64,000 nt of DNA from Camelus dromedarius (lineage: Eukaryota), in contig NC_087436.1 in the NCBI RefSeq assembly GCF_036321535.1, positions 22,694,001 through 22,758,000 of the forward strand, given 5' to 3'. Every line of letters starts with the position of its first letter. The stretch's first letter is position 1. Made by a program: the position numbers and the translations under genes. The notes below the pieces were generated by a model. The model searched no databases and had not been told where the DNA came from. It worked only from the letters and a program-made list of their open reading frames with translations. This document shows, piece by piece, positions 13,708 to 25,000 of the stretch.

Positions 13708-14470
13708 TGTGGCAGAATTCTTTTTCAAGGAACACTGATTTAGCTTCCTGTTTTTCTTAAAAGAGTGAGTGCTCTGGGCAGCCGGCATCCAGCAATTGGA
13801 GCTAGTGCTCAAGTCCCCAGAGCACTTCATCCTGAATGAGGTCAGTGGTAGGTGTGGAAATGGAAAGGACTTATATTCGTGAAGTAAGAGGAAAGGGGGC
13901 AGAGCACAACCATTGAAGGAATGACACAGCAGTTGACAGGATGGACTGGTTAGAACCAAGATGGCAGAAGATTCAACTTCCAGTAGACCTTGAGCCTCAT
14001 GGTGCACCCATGCTGCCATGACAGGTCCCCAGCTGACCATAAAAGGTCAAAAAGTGGGTGGGGGGCATTTCCTGGAAATCCCTGCCCCTTCCCCAAAGTA
14101 GTTGGAATAATCCTCCTACTCATTAGCATATGAAATTACCAAGCCCATAAAACCTAACTGCTCTGCACCACGTGGTTGCTGTTGCTCTGTCACTCTCTCT
14201 CGCCTTCTGAGATGGCCCGCACTCTGTCTATGGAATGTTTATCTACTTTTACTTTAAACTAAACTCCCCCACACCTCTCGGCTTCTCTCCACTCACCTTT
14301 CTGAGATGGGCCACATTCTGTCTATGTTGTGTGTACCCCTAAGTGGTTTTCCCTTCTGAGTGAGACAGATCCTGCTCTCTGTGAAGTGTGTCTCTCTCTA
14401 AATAAACTTGCTTTCACTATATCATGCTTTGCTCTTGAATTCTGAGGCAAGAACCTATTCTCCTCCAACA
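13708..14470 (+). mobile_element. ERV1 solo LTR, MER41-like
   Basis: Colinear MER41 blocks aaccaagatggc, gaataatcc..ttagcatat..ccataaaa, aataaacttgctttcact, gaattct..caagaacc; TG...CA ends. No clean TSD, so boundaries uncertain; sits inside a MIR. Confidence 0.8.
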
Positions 14471-14475
14471 TTAGG

Positions 14476-14596
14476 ACTGAGGAAACTAAAGTTGACAGAG
14501 GACCCAAGTTGCCCCAGATCACAGTCTGTAGGCGATCCCACAGGAGTCCACACCCAAGCCGAGTCGGGCTGGGTTCCAAGCCTGTGCTCTTTCCAC
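14476..14596 (-). mobile_element. MIR SINE fragment
   Basis: Antisense MIR core gactgaggaaactaaag...gttgccccagatcacagtc. Confidence 0.7.
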
Positions 14597-15244
14597 GCCC
14601 TTTCTCTGCACTTCTGTTCTCGACGGAAGCACAGAAGTACACAGAGCTCCAAAAATCCCTCCACCAAATGTGACTTGGTGCACTAGACCATAGTGGAATC
14701 ACATAAAATAAAATTCTGTTGGAAAACAAGACCAGAATAAGGAAGGGCAAAGGCCAGGAGTCTGTTTTGCCACCAGATAAACATTTTTTTGGAGTTAACA
14801 GAGTAAATTAGGTTGATAACTAAATTGAGTAAGGTTCTTACCAACAAAAGTACCAGCAAGGTGAAGAAGCCAATTACTGAGCCACAGTTGATCAGTTTAC
14901 ACTACAAAGCATCTCCTAGCTTTAGCATATCTCAAGTAAAGCACTGGTCTCTGCCTGAATCACAAGGAATTGGCCGGTTCCTGTGGGAATGAAAATCCAC
15001 AGAACATACACATTCGTGTGTGCCTCAGACTCAAGTTTGAATAATCACCCAACACCCAAAATGAAACAAAACACATGAAATAGAATTCTGAGGATCAACT
15101 CCACCTCCTTATTTTTTAATATGTGAATCTGTGCTGATATTTATATATACTGCATATATGTATCTGATATACTATGAAAATTTGTGCTTTCCCACCAAGT
15201 GTACCGTTCCTTCTACAATTTGTCATTGTCCTGCTCGGTTAATT

Positions 15245-16481
15245 CAGGCAGTCCTTACTTTACACAGCTATGCTATGCACAAATTTTAATGACCATGGTT
15301 TAGTTAAGCAATACCAGTCCTCCAACAGCGCAGTTCAAATTTTAGTCGCCATGATGTGTTAAAGGTGAATGATTACATAAATTAAAAACTCTGGTGCTAG
15401 CTCTCCAGTCTACGCATAACTCCATAAATGCACATCTTGGTCAGTGACCAGTCTCATCCTTTGCCAGGTCTGTCAGTGATTGGCTACTGCATACCTGTTA
15501 TACAGTCACGCAAAGGCAGGAAACCGCAGGGCTGTGTCATCTCCTTGCCTCCCATTTTACAAAAAAGGACAAGCAAAAGGGGAAACTGGCCCACAGACGA
15601 AAGTGCAGGAAGTGATAACACTGAAAGTGAACTTGGATGTGATTAGAAGATGGGGATGTTGACACGGGAGTGTTGACACCTCTTCTGTTTCAGAGATTCC
15701 AGCTACACGACAAAAGGCACTTAGCAAAGGTGACCTTATTGACATGAATGAGGAAAGTGGTTGTGACAAAAAGATGTCCCAGAAGAAGTCACACAGGCAG
15801 AAAAACTCCCAGTATGGGTACTCTAGGGGATATTTTATGACACTGAAAACACAGAAGAGCAAATGTTGGAAACTGGTACACACTTGGAAAGGACCATGAC
15901 AAGTCACCAAGGCGTGGAAAAGATACTCTCTCCGTAACGTGAGTTTTAGAACGAGAAGGAAAAGGCAAACATTGTTCAAACTACTCTAGATACCCCTTTG
16001 CAAAGAAATGCAACACTTTTTTGCTTGTTTTGTTTTGTACCTTTTTAGAAATATTTTTCTCTCCTTTTGGGGGGAGGGGTCATCAGGTTTATTTATTCAT
16101 TCATTCTAATTTATTTATTTGTTTGTTAGTGGAGGTGCTGGGGATTGAACCCAGGACCTCATGCATGGTAAGCACACGCTCTACCACTGAGCTATATCTA
16201 CCCGCCGAGAAATACAACTCTTACTTCTCAATGTTGTAATGTTTTAAATGACAATGTACTAAATAAATATTAGTATTACTGGGTTTTTTTTTTTTTTCGT
16301 ACTTTTCCCCATACATTTATAAGCAATGGTAAGGGAGTTCTTCATGTTTTGACAAAAAATGTTTAAAGATCATGGAACAGTCATAATTTTTCCCATTGAT
16401 CATTAGGATCGTTTTGCACAATTTCAAAATACATCATCATTTTTATGACCCCACACCTGTGGACAAAGCAAAGACTACTGG
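15245..16481 (+). mobile_element. Ancient TcMar-Tigger element (Tigger13-like) with decayed transposase C-terminus, interrupted by a SINE
   Basis: Degenerate TIRs caggcagtccttacttt / caaagcaaagactactgg-ta; interior (about 15720-15995) reads like a Tigger tail (DLIDMNEESGCDKK...VQTTLD). Confidence 0.75.
16019..16207 (-). mobile_element. tRNA-Ala-derived SINE (Vic-1-type)
   Basis: Minus strand has A box tagctcagtgg, B box ggttcaatccc and an A-rich tail; TSD agaaatgcaacactt (16004-18) / agaaatacaactctt (16208-22). Confidence 0.9.
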
Positions 16482-17842
16482 TATCTAGAAATCTAGTATT
16501 TGTGTCATACTTATCATAAGTTGAACTCATTTCTCAGAAATAAGTCGCAAATACTTCTGTGTTTTCCTGGACTAAAGAAAAAGTTATAATAGTCTTCAAT
16601 AAGTTGTCCTGACATGGAACCTCAATAAGCCATTTACATTCATTGATCTGCCTTAATCTTCTCTCTTCCATTGTTTATAACATCTCTCCTAGAAAAAATA
16701 TGCAAAAAAAGTTGAATACTTCTATATATATATATAGGAATAGATGCCTATTATGTTTTAATCGATAATGTAAAACTTTCTGGTGTCTACCAATCAGGGA
16801 AGGACAGTTGAATTTGAAATACTTGAAGGTGTATGATTTTATTACTCTCTTTTTTAGAAAATAATTTGAAAGTAATGAGAACAGCATGGCTAAGTAGAGT
16901 TCTTTCAAGAAGTTTTTTTGATAATGTTTGATTATTAGCATACAGCTGGAATGTCTGCAGTTATATCTCTCTTAAGAGAGTGAAACTTCTGTTTCAATCA
17001 GATTTTAAAATGCTGATTAGCTTAATTTTACTTTTGATTTTCAAAATTGGATTCCTGTAAAAACAAAAGCTTCCAAAATGTTTGAGTCTAAACTATAGGT
17101 TCATCATTTCTTCTCAATCATTAGCACTTATACTTGATTCGTATGTATTTTCTACAGAGACAAAATTCTAATTTTCCAAACAAAATGGAGTCAAGCAATG
17201 CCCATTTCTGGGTTGGCATTGTTATGGATACAATATATTCCAAAAGACTCCACAAATCCCTGCAAAATTCTGTAAATCATTCTGTCTGGGTTCATCCTTT
17301 AAGCAAAAACAAAGGGACCTTCTTTACTATTAAAGCAGATTCCTTGAAGCATCAGAAACAAAACAGATTTGACATGTCTAGCTCTGAGCCATGTGCTGGC
17401 CACATGCAACCGTATCAATCCAGAAAAAAGAACGGGTCCACTACTCCTGTGAACTGTTAACATTTCTCGTTGCTGGGGAAAATTCAAATCTTCCCTCAGT
17501 AATTCCCCTTATTGTAGATAGGAATTTCCAGAGCTGTAGTGTAGTGGGAAAAAAACAGGACTTGATGACAGGAGATGGGAGTTCAGACTCTGATGCTTTC
17601 AGTTCCTCCTAGGTGACCTTTTCTCAGCCATTGAGTTGACTTCCTGCTCTCCCTTCCTCAACACTTATCTTAAACCCCCATCTTTTTTCCTTTTCTCCTC
17701 CTCCTGCACCTCACATATACACAAAACTATCTCACAAATGCTACATTCTGGTTTAGTTTCTTTTTTTATAAAATGGCAGAAAAAGGAAATAGGAAATATC
17801 CTAATCTCCTTTAATGTTGAAATAATCTTGTTTGTCCAAATA

Positions 17843-17962
17843 TTAATATATATATTTCATTATATTTTGTGTATACATGCAATATTACACATTATATACA
17901 CGTTAAATAGTATATGCATTATATAATATGTATATTTTATATGTGTGTGTGTTTATATAATA
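17843..17962. repeat. TA-rich low-complexity tract
   Basis: Degenerate (TA)n/(TG)n read directly. Confidence 0.8.
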
Positions 17963-18549
17963 CAAAAATGAGTTAAAAGTGGTTTTCAGAGTAAATGTTT
18001 GGAATTATATGTCTGGGGGAAAAGAAAGTTCAGAATAACACAATAATGTTTATATGAAATGTTGTAAGCAGAAGGTTGGAGAATATGTTTTAAGTTAGAC
18101 TTTTTGGGAAAATCAAACTCTGCTTACATGGATTAAAAAGGACAGGATTTGAAATAAATGATAAATGGAAGCAAGTGGGCAGGATGATGGCTGCAAATGA
18201 AGAGGAGTCACAATCATGCCATGCAGTGGTTCCAAAAAAATTGTCAGGGGTGTGTGAGCTAAAAAAATACGTCATGCCAAAAACAATGAGGTTCCTTCAG
18301 TTGAAAAGAGGAAAATGATTTGTTGCATCTGAGTAGCAGATGCTGAAATGACCTCCTGGGGAGCAGACACTGATGGGTAAAAATGGAAGATGAGAAAGTT
18401 TAAGACAGTATTGAGAGAAAACAACTCCTAACACAATAACTTAGAAGATAAAGAGAGACAAAGGAGCTTTATGAGAAAAATAATGAGTTAAAGTTCTATC
18501 TTTATTTCTCTCAGCTTCCATCTTTAACATGTATCTTAGGTAACCCTCT

Positions 18550-18670
18550 CTTTTAGAAGGAGGAGTAGGTACTTAGGCTTACTTATTTATTTGAATGGAG
18601 ATCCTGAGGATTGAACCCAGGACCTCGTGCATACTAAGCAGATGCTCTACCACTGAGCTATACCCTCCCT
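18550..18670 (-). mobile_element. tRNA-Ala-derived SINE (Vic-1-type)
   Basis: gattgaacccaggacctcgtgcatactaagcagatgctctaccactgagctatacc; gtaaccctct on both flanks (TSD core). Confidence 0.9.
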
Positions 18671-18734
18671 ACTATGTTGTAACCCTCTTTAAATGGAACC
18701 TAACCAAGCAGGAAACAGTAACAAAGTACCAAAA

Positions 18735-18950
18735 CTTCTAGTGGATTACTGGCAACCATTTAGCATTCCTTGACTTGTCCAAAAATCACCCTGAATTCTG
18801 CCTTCATTTTCACATGGTGTCCTTCCTGTGTGTGTGTCTGTGTGGAAATTTTCCCTTTTTCTAAGGATGCCAGTCATGTTGGAATAGGGCCCAACTTAAT
18901 GACCTCATCTTAACAAATTACGTCTGCAGTGACCCTGTTTCCACATCAAG
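18735..18950 (-). mobile_element. MaLR LTR fragment (MLT1B/C-like)
   Basis: aaggatgccagtcatgttggaatagggccca..aatgacctcatcttaac..tctgcagtgaccctgtttcca. Confidence 0.8.
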
Positions 18951-19959
18951 CTCCTGAGAACCACTGCCCAAAATAACAAAGTTCTCAAACAGAAGAAATC
19001 AGTTGACTAGTATTTAAAGAGTTTTGGTCTGGAAACCAGAGTAAGCATGAAGCTGAAGCTAAATATAAAACTTACATATACAGCCAAGGTTTATTCAAAG
19101 AGAAGGATGAGCATTAGGAGAAAGTGTAATGGAAAAAGTTGAGAAAGCCAATTATGTCATATATTACCTTTGGGTAGTTACCTTTCATATAAGTTGTGCT
19201 TGTTGTATAAAAAGTTTGTCTCTCTTATGTTTGTGCATGAGTTAATATATCTTAGTGGAAATTTCTGTCGAAAAGAGATTTCTTAGGGCTGACATCTGTT
19301 TTGATTCGTCAATACTTATGTTGAACCAATTATTAAGTATTTTAATATAGAGCATGTGTTTGTGTGTGTGCATGTATTTTTTTTAACACTATGTCTTAAT
19401 ACAGAATTCAATGAAGAAATCTCCCTCCTGAAACTAGGTGTCCTCTTGTAACAGAAAATTAGTGAACATATTTGGAAAGGGAAAGAGCAATCCAAATGAA
19501 CCACAGTGAAGAATTATTAAACAAACCTACACCCTCTCAGGGAGTAACAAATTTTATAACTTTGTATGTATTCTATAGGACCACAATGGGCACAATGGAC
19601 AATTCAAGTAGTAAAAAGTATATATATATAGTAGAATCCCTTTTAAAGTATTTTTGTAGGAAAATATTCTATAATAATTTACATAAAACTTCCCAGGGCT
19701 TAGAATAGTGGATGACTTTCCATTTTTACATCCCATATTTCATAGTGTTTTAGGGGTTTTTTTTTTTTTCAAGTCTAGGTTGCTTTTGAGATCAGAAAAG
19801 AAGGGGGAGAAGTTAATTAGAGCTTAGCAAAGTTAGTTACAGCATGGTCATACCATCCACATGCAAATGGCAGCGTCATCATAGTCTTGGTAAAGTCCCA
19901 GAAGATCCAGTGCTGAGGAAAAAGGCCAGGGGAAATGGGGGAAAACCCTCATGTGATTT

Positions 19960-20125
19960 GATGCTTTCATATAGTGGTGGAATGAAATAGCAGTGGCCCT
20001 GGAAAAGAGGGAAAAGATGTACTGATAATGCTGTCAGTGTAGCATGCTTGAAAACAACCAGGGAAAGAAAGTGGCTCAGATGCTTGGCTAGGAGTGAAGT
20101 CAGGAAAACCTTCTCAGGAGGCAAC
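19960..20125 (-). mobile_element. L2 LINE fragment
   Basis: Degenerate antisense L2 3' region ending gaagtcaggaaaaccttctcaggagg. Confidence 0.45.
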
Positions 20126-21135
20126 CAAAACGAGTCAAATCAACTTTCCTCTATGCTAGCAACCTGAGTCACAGAGTAAATCAAACTGGGCCTGGCCTGT
20201 CACACTGAAGTTAACAATCTTATCAACTCTTAACTGAAGTCAAGGGAGTTAAGTCTGAGTTTATAACAAGAAGATTTTATCTCTGGGGCTATGTATAAAT
20301 GAGGGTGGAGATTTCCCTGAATAATGTTCCAGACTGTTCCTGTAACTCTACAACTAATATATGAAATTGAATCTAATATCTTTTTGCTCTGGAAAAGAAA
20401 AACTTCTAATTAAACACACAAACAAACCAAAACAGAACAACAACAAAACTCAACTAATGTGTTAAGATAAAATAATATTTAAAGTTTTCTCTTTTTTTGG
20501 AAGAAGTAATGGTAGATTTATATTTAAAACTTTTTTTTTTTAAACATTTTAGGCAGTGACATTTTCTGGCTATGTTAGAGTTATTGGCTTTCTTGAACCA
20601 TGCAGATTTTTGTTAGAAATAACTTGATACATGTACTAACTAAAGTAAATCCATGTACAAGTGTTACGGTAAGTAGTGAAAAAAATTAACATGGAGGCTT
20701 CTATGTCATGCGCAAATTGTCAAATAAATAGGTGAATGAAAAACTTAAGACTGGCTTCATCATGCAGTGTTGGAAAGACCTGAAACTCAATAACTGAGGA
20801 TCCCAGTTACTTAGAATTTCACAGCAAGTTTAAACATGTTGTGAATATTGGCCAGTGCTTTGTTGCCTCATCCCTGCAAGTCCAAGATGGAGATGGCCCT
20901 CAACGTGTAAAAATGTTTTTGCATGTTGCAGGCATAAGAAGATTTAAAATACATGTTTTAGAGACTTTCCTCTAGGAGGTGATAGGATTCTATACACCAA
21001 CAGTCTCAGAGTTGGGTAAGAATCTTTAATTAGAAGTTTTTCTTTTCCAGAGCAATAAAATATTAGATTCAATTTCATATATTAGTTGTAGAGTTACGGG
21101 AACAGTCCAGAATATTATTCACGGAACTCTCCATC

Positions 21136-21425
21136 CTCACTCATATGTGGAATCTAAAAAAACAACAAACATAAGTGAGATCAGATAGTATCTGTCTGTC
21201 TCTGTCAGACTGAGCATAATGCCCTCTTGGTTCATTCATGTTGTTGCACATGGTAGGATGTCCTCATTTTTTATGGCTGATAATATTCCACTGTACATAT
21301 GTACCACAACTTCTTTACCCATTCATCCATCAATGGACACTGAGGTTGTTTCCATGTCTTGGCAATTATAATAATGCTGCGATGAACATGGGGGAACAGA
21401 TATCTTTCAAGTTAGTGTTTGTCTT
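21136..21425 (-). mobile_element. L1 ORF2 end/3' UTR junction fragment (L1MA-type) with short inverted segment
   Basis: Antisense L1: cataagtgagatc..ccattcatccatcaatggacac..ggttgtttccatgtcttggc..aatgctgcgatgaacatggg; the first ~33 bp are the same L1 motif in sense orientation. Confidence 0.9.
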
Positions 21426-21979
21426 CCTTCTTGCATTCTACTTTATTTGTTAAAGCCCTTAGCATATTAATTACAGTTATCTTAAATTCCCAGTGGTAAT
21501 TTCAACACCACTGCCATATCTGAGTCTAGTTCTGATTTGTTCAAAATGTGGGGGGTTTTGGGGTTTTTTTTTTTTTTTTTTTTGCTTTTTAATGTGGTTT
21601 TAATTTTGAATATATATATATATGATTTTTTTCAAAGGGTGATTATTAAGTAACAATTAAAGCATTAAGGAAATTTTTTACAAGAAAAAAAATATTCCTG
21701 AGGCTCTGTGGTACTTTTAAGCTTGTATTGGCTTTTTCCCTTACAGAATGAGGACGCAACTGTCTACTAAAGCAGTTGAGCAATAAACATTCTATTGGCC
21801 CCTCACCACCTGCCAGGTGACCAGTCTTCACACTGGAATTGGCACTGGCACCAGTGGAAGGTGGCAGGAGTTTCTCTTTGGTGGCCTTGTGATTTTTCTC
21901 TGAAAGACTGTCTCTCATTATCTCCCTCACACTCATTAAGCCCTGTATTGCTAATTGCTTTCAATAAACATAAAGGTTT

Positions 21980-22278
21980 TAAGGGGAAAAGGGGAAAGGG
22001 ATAAATTAGGAGTTTGGGATTAGCAGACACACACTACTATATATAAAACAGATGAACAACAAGGACCTACTGTAGAGCACAGGGAACCTTATTCAGTGCC
22101 TTGTAGTGACCTATAATGGAAAAGAATCTGAAAAATCATAGATATGTACGTATAACTGGATCAGTACGCTGTACACCTGAAACTAACACAACATTGTAAA
22201 TCAACATTTCAATTAATTTATATTTCAATTAAAAATAAATAAAAATTTTAAAAGAAAAAAACTACTATAAAAAAAAAG
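21980..22278 (+). mobile_element. L1 3' UTR fragment (cetartiodactyl/camelid-type)
   Basis: gggataaattaggagtttgggattagcagacac..caacaaggacctactgtagagcacaggga..gtacacctgaaactaacacaacattgtaaatcaac plus A-rich tail. Confidence 0.92.
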
Positions 22279-22304
22279 AAATGGTGTCATTCCCCACTAT
22301 GTTG

Positions 22305-22412
22305 GGAATGTATTGTCTAAACAGGGACACTTTTTAAAGTGAAAGTGAATCATGCCAGGATAATAGGAATAAAATAGGATTATCTCAGAAAACTGGGAAG
22401 CATGATGGCTCC
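22305..22412 (-). mobile_element. hAT-Blackjack MITE (MER94-like)
   Basis: tgtctaaacagggacactttttaaagtgaaag...aaactgggaagcatg matches recalled antisense MER94. Confidence 0.6.
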
Positions 22413-22823
22413 AGTAATAATGGGAATATATTTGGACTGGAAAGAGACACTTAGAGTCTAAATTATGTCACGTAGACAGGACATGCCGTACCTCCTCCTT
22501 CAGCTGGCTGTGCCTCTATGTCAAGTCTGTCTGCAGGTAGCTGCACTTGGCATTACTTCCAACAAACTAGAGTACAAGTTTCTGGATAATGCCTCCGCCA
22601 CTTCTCAGCCATTCCATGCATAAGAGCGTGTCTCTACAATTTGTGCCATATGAGTGCACTGAGGGCCAGGACACCCCTCACAACTAGCTAGGTGTTGTGC
22701 AAGATGTTTTTTTCCCCAGTCTGATTCTGTTTATTTGCTTGTAAAATAAAGGGTTTGAACCAGGGGTTTTCAGAATATACTTTGGCTTTATTTCTTAATC
22801 TGAATGTCACATGTATGTATGTA

Positions 22824-23123
22824 CAGTCACTCTTCAGTATCCAGGGGGCATTATTTTACAGGACCCCCTGCGGTTACCAAAATCCACAGATGCTCAAGTA
22901 CTTACATAAAACGTCACAGTGTTTGCACATAACCGATGCACATCCTCCCATATACTTTAATCATCTCTGGATTAAGTCTAATACAATGTATAAAAATAGG
23001 TGCCAGTGTGCAGCAGATTCAACTTTTTTTTTTTTTGGAAATTTCTGGAATTTTTTTTAACATTTTTGACCCATGCTTGGTCGAATCCACGGATGCAGAA
23101 CCATAGATATGGCGGGCCAACCA
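22824..23123 (+). mobile_element. TcMar-Tigger MITE (MER2/MER2B-like)
   Basis: TA|cagtcactcttcagtatcc...taccaaaatccacagatgctcaagt...gaatccacggatgcagaacc..gatatggcgggccaacca|TA. Confidence 0.9.
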
Positions 23124-24489
23124 TACACAAATTCACGTACACTCTTTGTTAAGCAAGTGGACTTAAACCAAAATGAATGTGTCAAAGGCAAAGAAGTAAG
23201 AAAAACTGATCATCTCAAAAAAACGTTTTCTGGTAAGCAGCATCACAGAACCCATCCAGTTCAGCAAACATGAGTTTGTCTACCTTATTCTTAAATATTT
23301 ATAAAGAAAATGCTGCTGCAATGCCATTCCAGTAATTTGAGACCCTTACAGCTAGAAAATTCTAATCCTTTTCAATTTTAGTTATTTCTCCTGAAAATAG
23401 GATCCTGTTGGGAGTTCAAAAAGGGACAAGCAGATTGTAACTCAAGAGTTTAGAACACTTCTTCAGGGTTAGCTAGTCCCTTCAACCATGCAGTCCTTTC
23501 CCTTCTCATCTTCCTTTTCCATGCTAAGGAAAATCAGAGACCAAGGGAACTGCCATTGAGAAGTTCTAATTGGCTCTTTTCCTGTGACAACACCCAAAGG
23601 TAAGCAGCAATTGACTTTTTTGAGAGGTGATTGGTATGATGCTGAAAGTTCTGAGTTGCAGGATGAGAAAGTGTAAGATTCATGGACATAAACCCACAGC
23701 TAGGATTTACTAAGTTCTGTAAAATACAGCAGGCAGCCATCTCTGCCTTGGGAGTTGACAGGAGTCTAAATCAGACAGACAAGTGAGGTCCAGAAATCTA
23801 ATAAGACCAAGTGACAAATGCAGAACGAGAAACTGAAGTGAAGCTCAGTGCCCGTTACTGACTTCAAAACAAAAAGTAACCCAGAAGAGTCTTCCCTGAA
23901 GACCCAGAGAAGCATTTGACGTTTTCAATAAGAGCTGAGTTTCCAAAGCATCTTCTTTATCGGAGAAAGAATACATGCATTCACATCACCTCTGCAGACA
24001 GGACCTGACTTCCAACTGCTCAGACCCGCATCTCAGGAGTAGTCACCCAGGCAAATCTTGAACATGACTGAGATCTCCACAACGAGTGTCTTTGTGTGCA
24101 CTGGTGGGAAAGGGGAAGAAACGAAGCGCAGGAATTGTTTATTGGCCTCTTTCCTACATCCTTCTTCCTCCTTCTCATTTTGTAGACTTTGTTGCACTAT
24201 ATTCTAAACTTGGGGTTTACCTGTCTATCTCCTTGTACTTAAAAATAAAAAAACCCTGAATTTGGCATGAGGGTTATACAAAAGGAAATGGACAAAAGGT
24301 GTTGGATACATTCATCTCTACATTTAGATTCTGAAAAAAAGGCAAGTTCACAACTTCACCACGAGACATAGTTCAACTTTGCAAACAACTTGCATATGTG
24401 ATAGATGAGGAAAGGCAGATATATAAGGTAATGCAAAGTCTTGGCTCCCACTGTCCCCTACTAGGTGCATGGGTGCCCCGCGTGGCCTT

Positions 24490-25000
24490 CCTGAATCCAT
24501 GTGCTTTGAATGTGACTTTGCAGTTCCTCCCTTAAGGAGTTTATTCCCCATCTATTCCATGGCTACCTTGAACCTGAGCTCTCCTTTAGACTCTTTTGGC
24601 CAATTGAGTAGGACAGAAGGGGCTTTGTGCCATTTCTGAGGCCGTGACTCAAGAGGTCTTGTCCATTCCCATCATTGTCTTGGGTCCTCACCATCATGTG
24701 GTCAAGGCCAGGTAAGCCTGCTGAAGGAGGAGAGACCACATGAACGAAATCCAAGCTATCTCACCTGTCTTGGCCAAGGCCATCCTAGACCATCTGGTCC
24801 CCTGTTGAACCACCAGCTAATGACAGATAAATGAGTGAGCTCCACTGAGACCAGTCAAGCCTGGCTCAGACAAGAAAACCCACCCCTCTGGCTCACAGAC
24901 TCATGCATTAAATAAAAGCTTATATGGTTGTGGTTGTACGCTACTAGGTTTTCTGGTTAGTTGCAGTGCAGCATTGTGATGGCAACAGATAATTGCTACA
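24490..25000 (+). mobile_element. MaLR LTR (MLT1G/H-like)
   Basis: gaatgtgactttgcagttcctccc...cacagactcatg..aaataaaa...gcagcattgtgatggcaacagataattgctaca terminus. Confidence 0.8.
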
